A DNA stretch of 45,414 nt, from positions 1-45,414 of the forward strand of contig CALXIU010000150.1 of assembly GCA_944388415.1 (NCBI GenBank), read 5' to 3'. The notes beneath the pieces are model-generated. The model saw only the letters and a program-made list of their open reading frames with translations, had not been told where the DNA came from and made no database searches. Origin of the DNA: an uncultured Ruthenibacterium sp. GTDB lineage: Bacteria > Bacillota > Clostridia > Oscillospirales > Ruminococcaceae. A program made the translations under genes and the position numbers. Below, piece after piece: positions 44,132-45,414 of this stretch (positions are counted from its first letter, which is position 1; each line of letters starts with the position of its first letter).

Positions 44132-44844
44132 CGGGCGCATCGCGCGGCATCGGCGCGGCCGGTGCAAAAGCGCTGGCCGCGGACGGCTGGCGCGTCGCCG
44201 TGTGCTGCGAAAAAAATCTCGCCCGCGCGGAGGAGGTGTGCGCCGCCATCGCGCGCACGGGCGGCACGGCGCTGCCGTTTCGCGCCGACGTGTCGGATGA
44301 GGCGCAGGTGGACGCGTTGTTTGCCGCTGTGCGCGAGGCGCTGGGCGAGCCGTCGGCGCTCGTGTGCAGCGCGGGCATCGCGCACTGGGGCCTTTTCACC
44401 GACATGACGGCCTCGGAGTGGGACCGCCTGTTCGCCGTCAACGTGCGCGGCGCGTTTTTGTGCTGCCGCGCGGCGCTGCCCGCGATGATCCGCGCCAAAT
44501 GCGGACGCATCGTCTTGATCTCCTCGATGTGGGGCCAGACGGGCGCGTCGTGCGAGGCCGCGTACTCCGCGTCGAAGGCCGCGCTGATCGGCCTCGCGAA
44601 GGCGCTCGCGCAGGAGGAGGGACCCAGCGGCGTCACGGTCAACTGCATCGCGCCCGGCGTCATCGAGACGGACATGATGGCAGGCTTTTCCGCCGCGGAC
44701 AAAGCGGCGCTGTGCGCGGACACGCCCGCCGGACGCCTCGGCGCGCCGGAGGACGTCGCAAAGGCCGCCGCGTTTCTCTGCTCAGACGCCGCTTCGTTCA
44801 TCACCGGGCAGGTGCTCGGCGTCAACGGCGGCTTCGTCACCTGA
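44110..44844 (+). CDS. ymfI: SDR oxidoreductase, YmfI-like (EF-P 5-aminopentanone reductase / FabG-like)
   Basis: TGASRGIG, ISSMWGQTGASCEAAYSASK, APGVIETDM. Confidence 0.72.
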   Translation: MEKTAVVTGASRGIGAAGAKALAADGWRVAVCCEKNLARAEEVCAAIARTGGTALPFRADVSDEAQVDALFAAVREALGEPSALVCSAGIAHWGLFTDMTASEWDRLFAVNVRGAFLCCRAALPAMIRAKCGRIVLISSMWGQTGASCEAAYSASKAALIGLAKALAQEEGPSGVTVNCIAPGVIETDMMAGFSAADKAALCADTPAGRLGAPEDVAKAAAFLCSDAASFITGQVLGVNGGFVT

Positions 44845-44925
44845 CCGCCTTGCCAACCGTCCCAAAGGCTGATATACTAATAGAATCGTATGATGCAAAT
44901 ACTGCATCTGAAGGGAGTCATTCAT

Positions 44926-45129
44926 ATGGTAGTCACGAAAACATCCATCATCGGCGACGTCCTCGACGCCGCGCCCGAACTCGCCCCGCTGTTCCGCGAG
45001 ATCGGCATGAGTTGCCTCGGCTGCCCCGCCGCGCGCGCGGAGACGCTGGAGGAGGCGTGCTATGTGCACGGCCAGGACGCGGACGCCCTTGTGACGAAGA
45101 TCAATGCCGTCCTCTTTGAAAAGGGTTGA
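44926..45129 (+). CDS. DUF1858 domain small protein
   Basis: GMSCLGCPAARAETLEEACYVHG. Confidence 0.88.
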   Translation: MVVTKTSIIGDVLDAAPELAPLFREIGMSCLGCPAARAETLEEACYVHGQDADALVTKINAVLFEKG

Positions 45130-45414
45130 GCCTCAGCTCGACGAACGCCTCGCCGCCGCCGCGGCCTATGTGCGGCCCGGCGCGCGGCTGGCCGACGTCG
45201 GCTGCGACCACGGCAAGCTGTGCGCGGCGCTGGCCGCGCGCGGCGCGTGCGAAAAAATCTACGCGTGCGACATCCGCGAAAAGCCCCTCGCCCGCGCGCG
45301 GGAGCTGCTCGCGCCGTACATCGGGGACGGCGCAGTCGAATGCCGCCTCGGCGATGGCCTGACGGTGCTCGCGCCCGGCGAGGCGACGGACGTCGTCATC
45401 GCGGGCGTGTCCGG
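45116..45414 (+). CDS. trmK: tRNA (adenine(22)-N1)-methyltransferase (partial; runs off the window)
   Basis: LDERL...LADVGCDHGKL...ACDIREKPL...RLGDGL...VVIAG; start is 45104 or 45116. Confidence 0.88.
   Translation, partial: MKRVEPQLDERLAAAAAYVRPGARLADVGCDHGKLCAALAARGACEKIYACDIREKPLARARELLAPYIGDGAVECRLGDGLTVLAPGEATDVVIAGVS

Overview
GC-rich chromosomal window from a Firmicute, probably Clostridia/Oscillospiraceae (inferred from gene content, SCIFF locus and repeat style). It is mostly housekeeping: sdaAB/sdaAA, mgtE, fhs, iscS-thiI-cinA, scfA-scfB, argS, murI, ddl, rpmG-secE-nusG-rplK-rplA-rplJ-rplL, tadA, a ymfI-like SDR, trmK and two tRNAs (Tyr-GTA, Arg-CCT). Envelope-related regulatory modules are interspersed: ECF sigma/anti-sigma, YtrA-ABC, an OmpR-type two-component system, BlaI-M56/M23 and MarR-ABC. 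I see no integrase, transposase or CRISPR array. The best novelty candidates are: (1) a 37-codon leader ORF with a 1:2/2:3/3:4 attenuator upstream of an mgtE that has lost most of its cytosolic Mg-sensing domains; (2) a switch-like leader upstream of fhs; (3) a GATACA-N5-GATACA box shared by the two-component operon and a distant M23 hydrolase gene; (4) a 34-bp duplication of the rplA 3' end around a short structured insert; (5) a catalytically degenerate, membrane-anchored CinA paralog; (6) a tRNA-Arg lying antisense within a probable mRNA leader. All calls were made by eye from motifs; no database searches were run.
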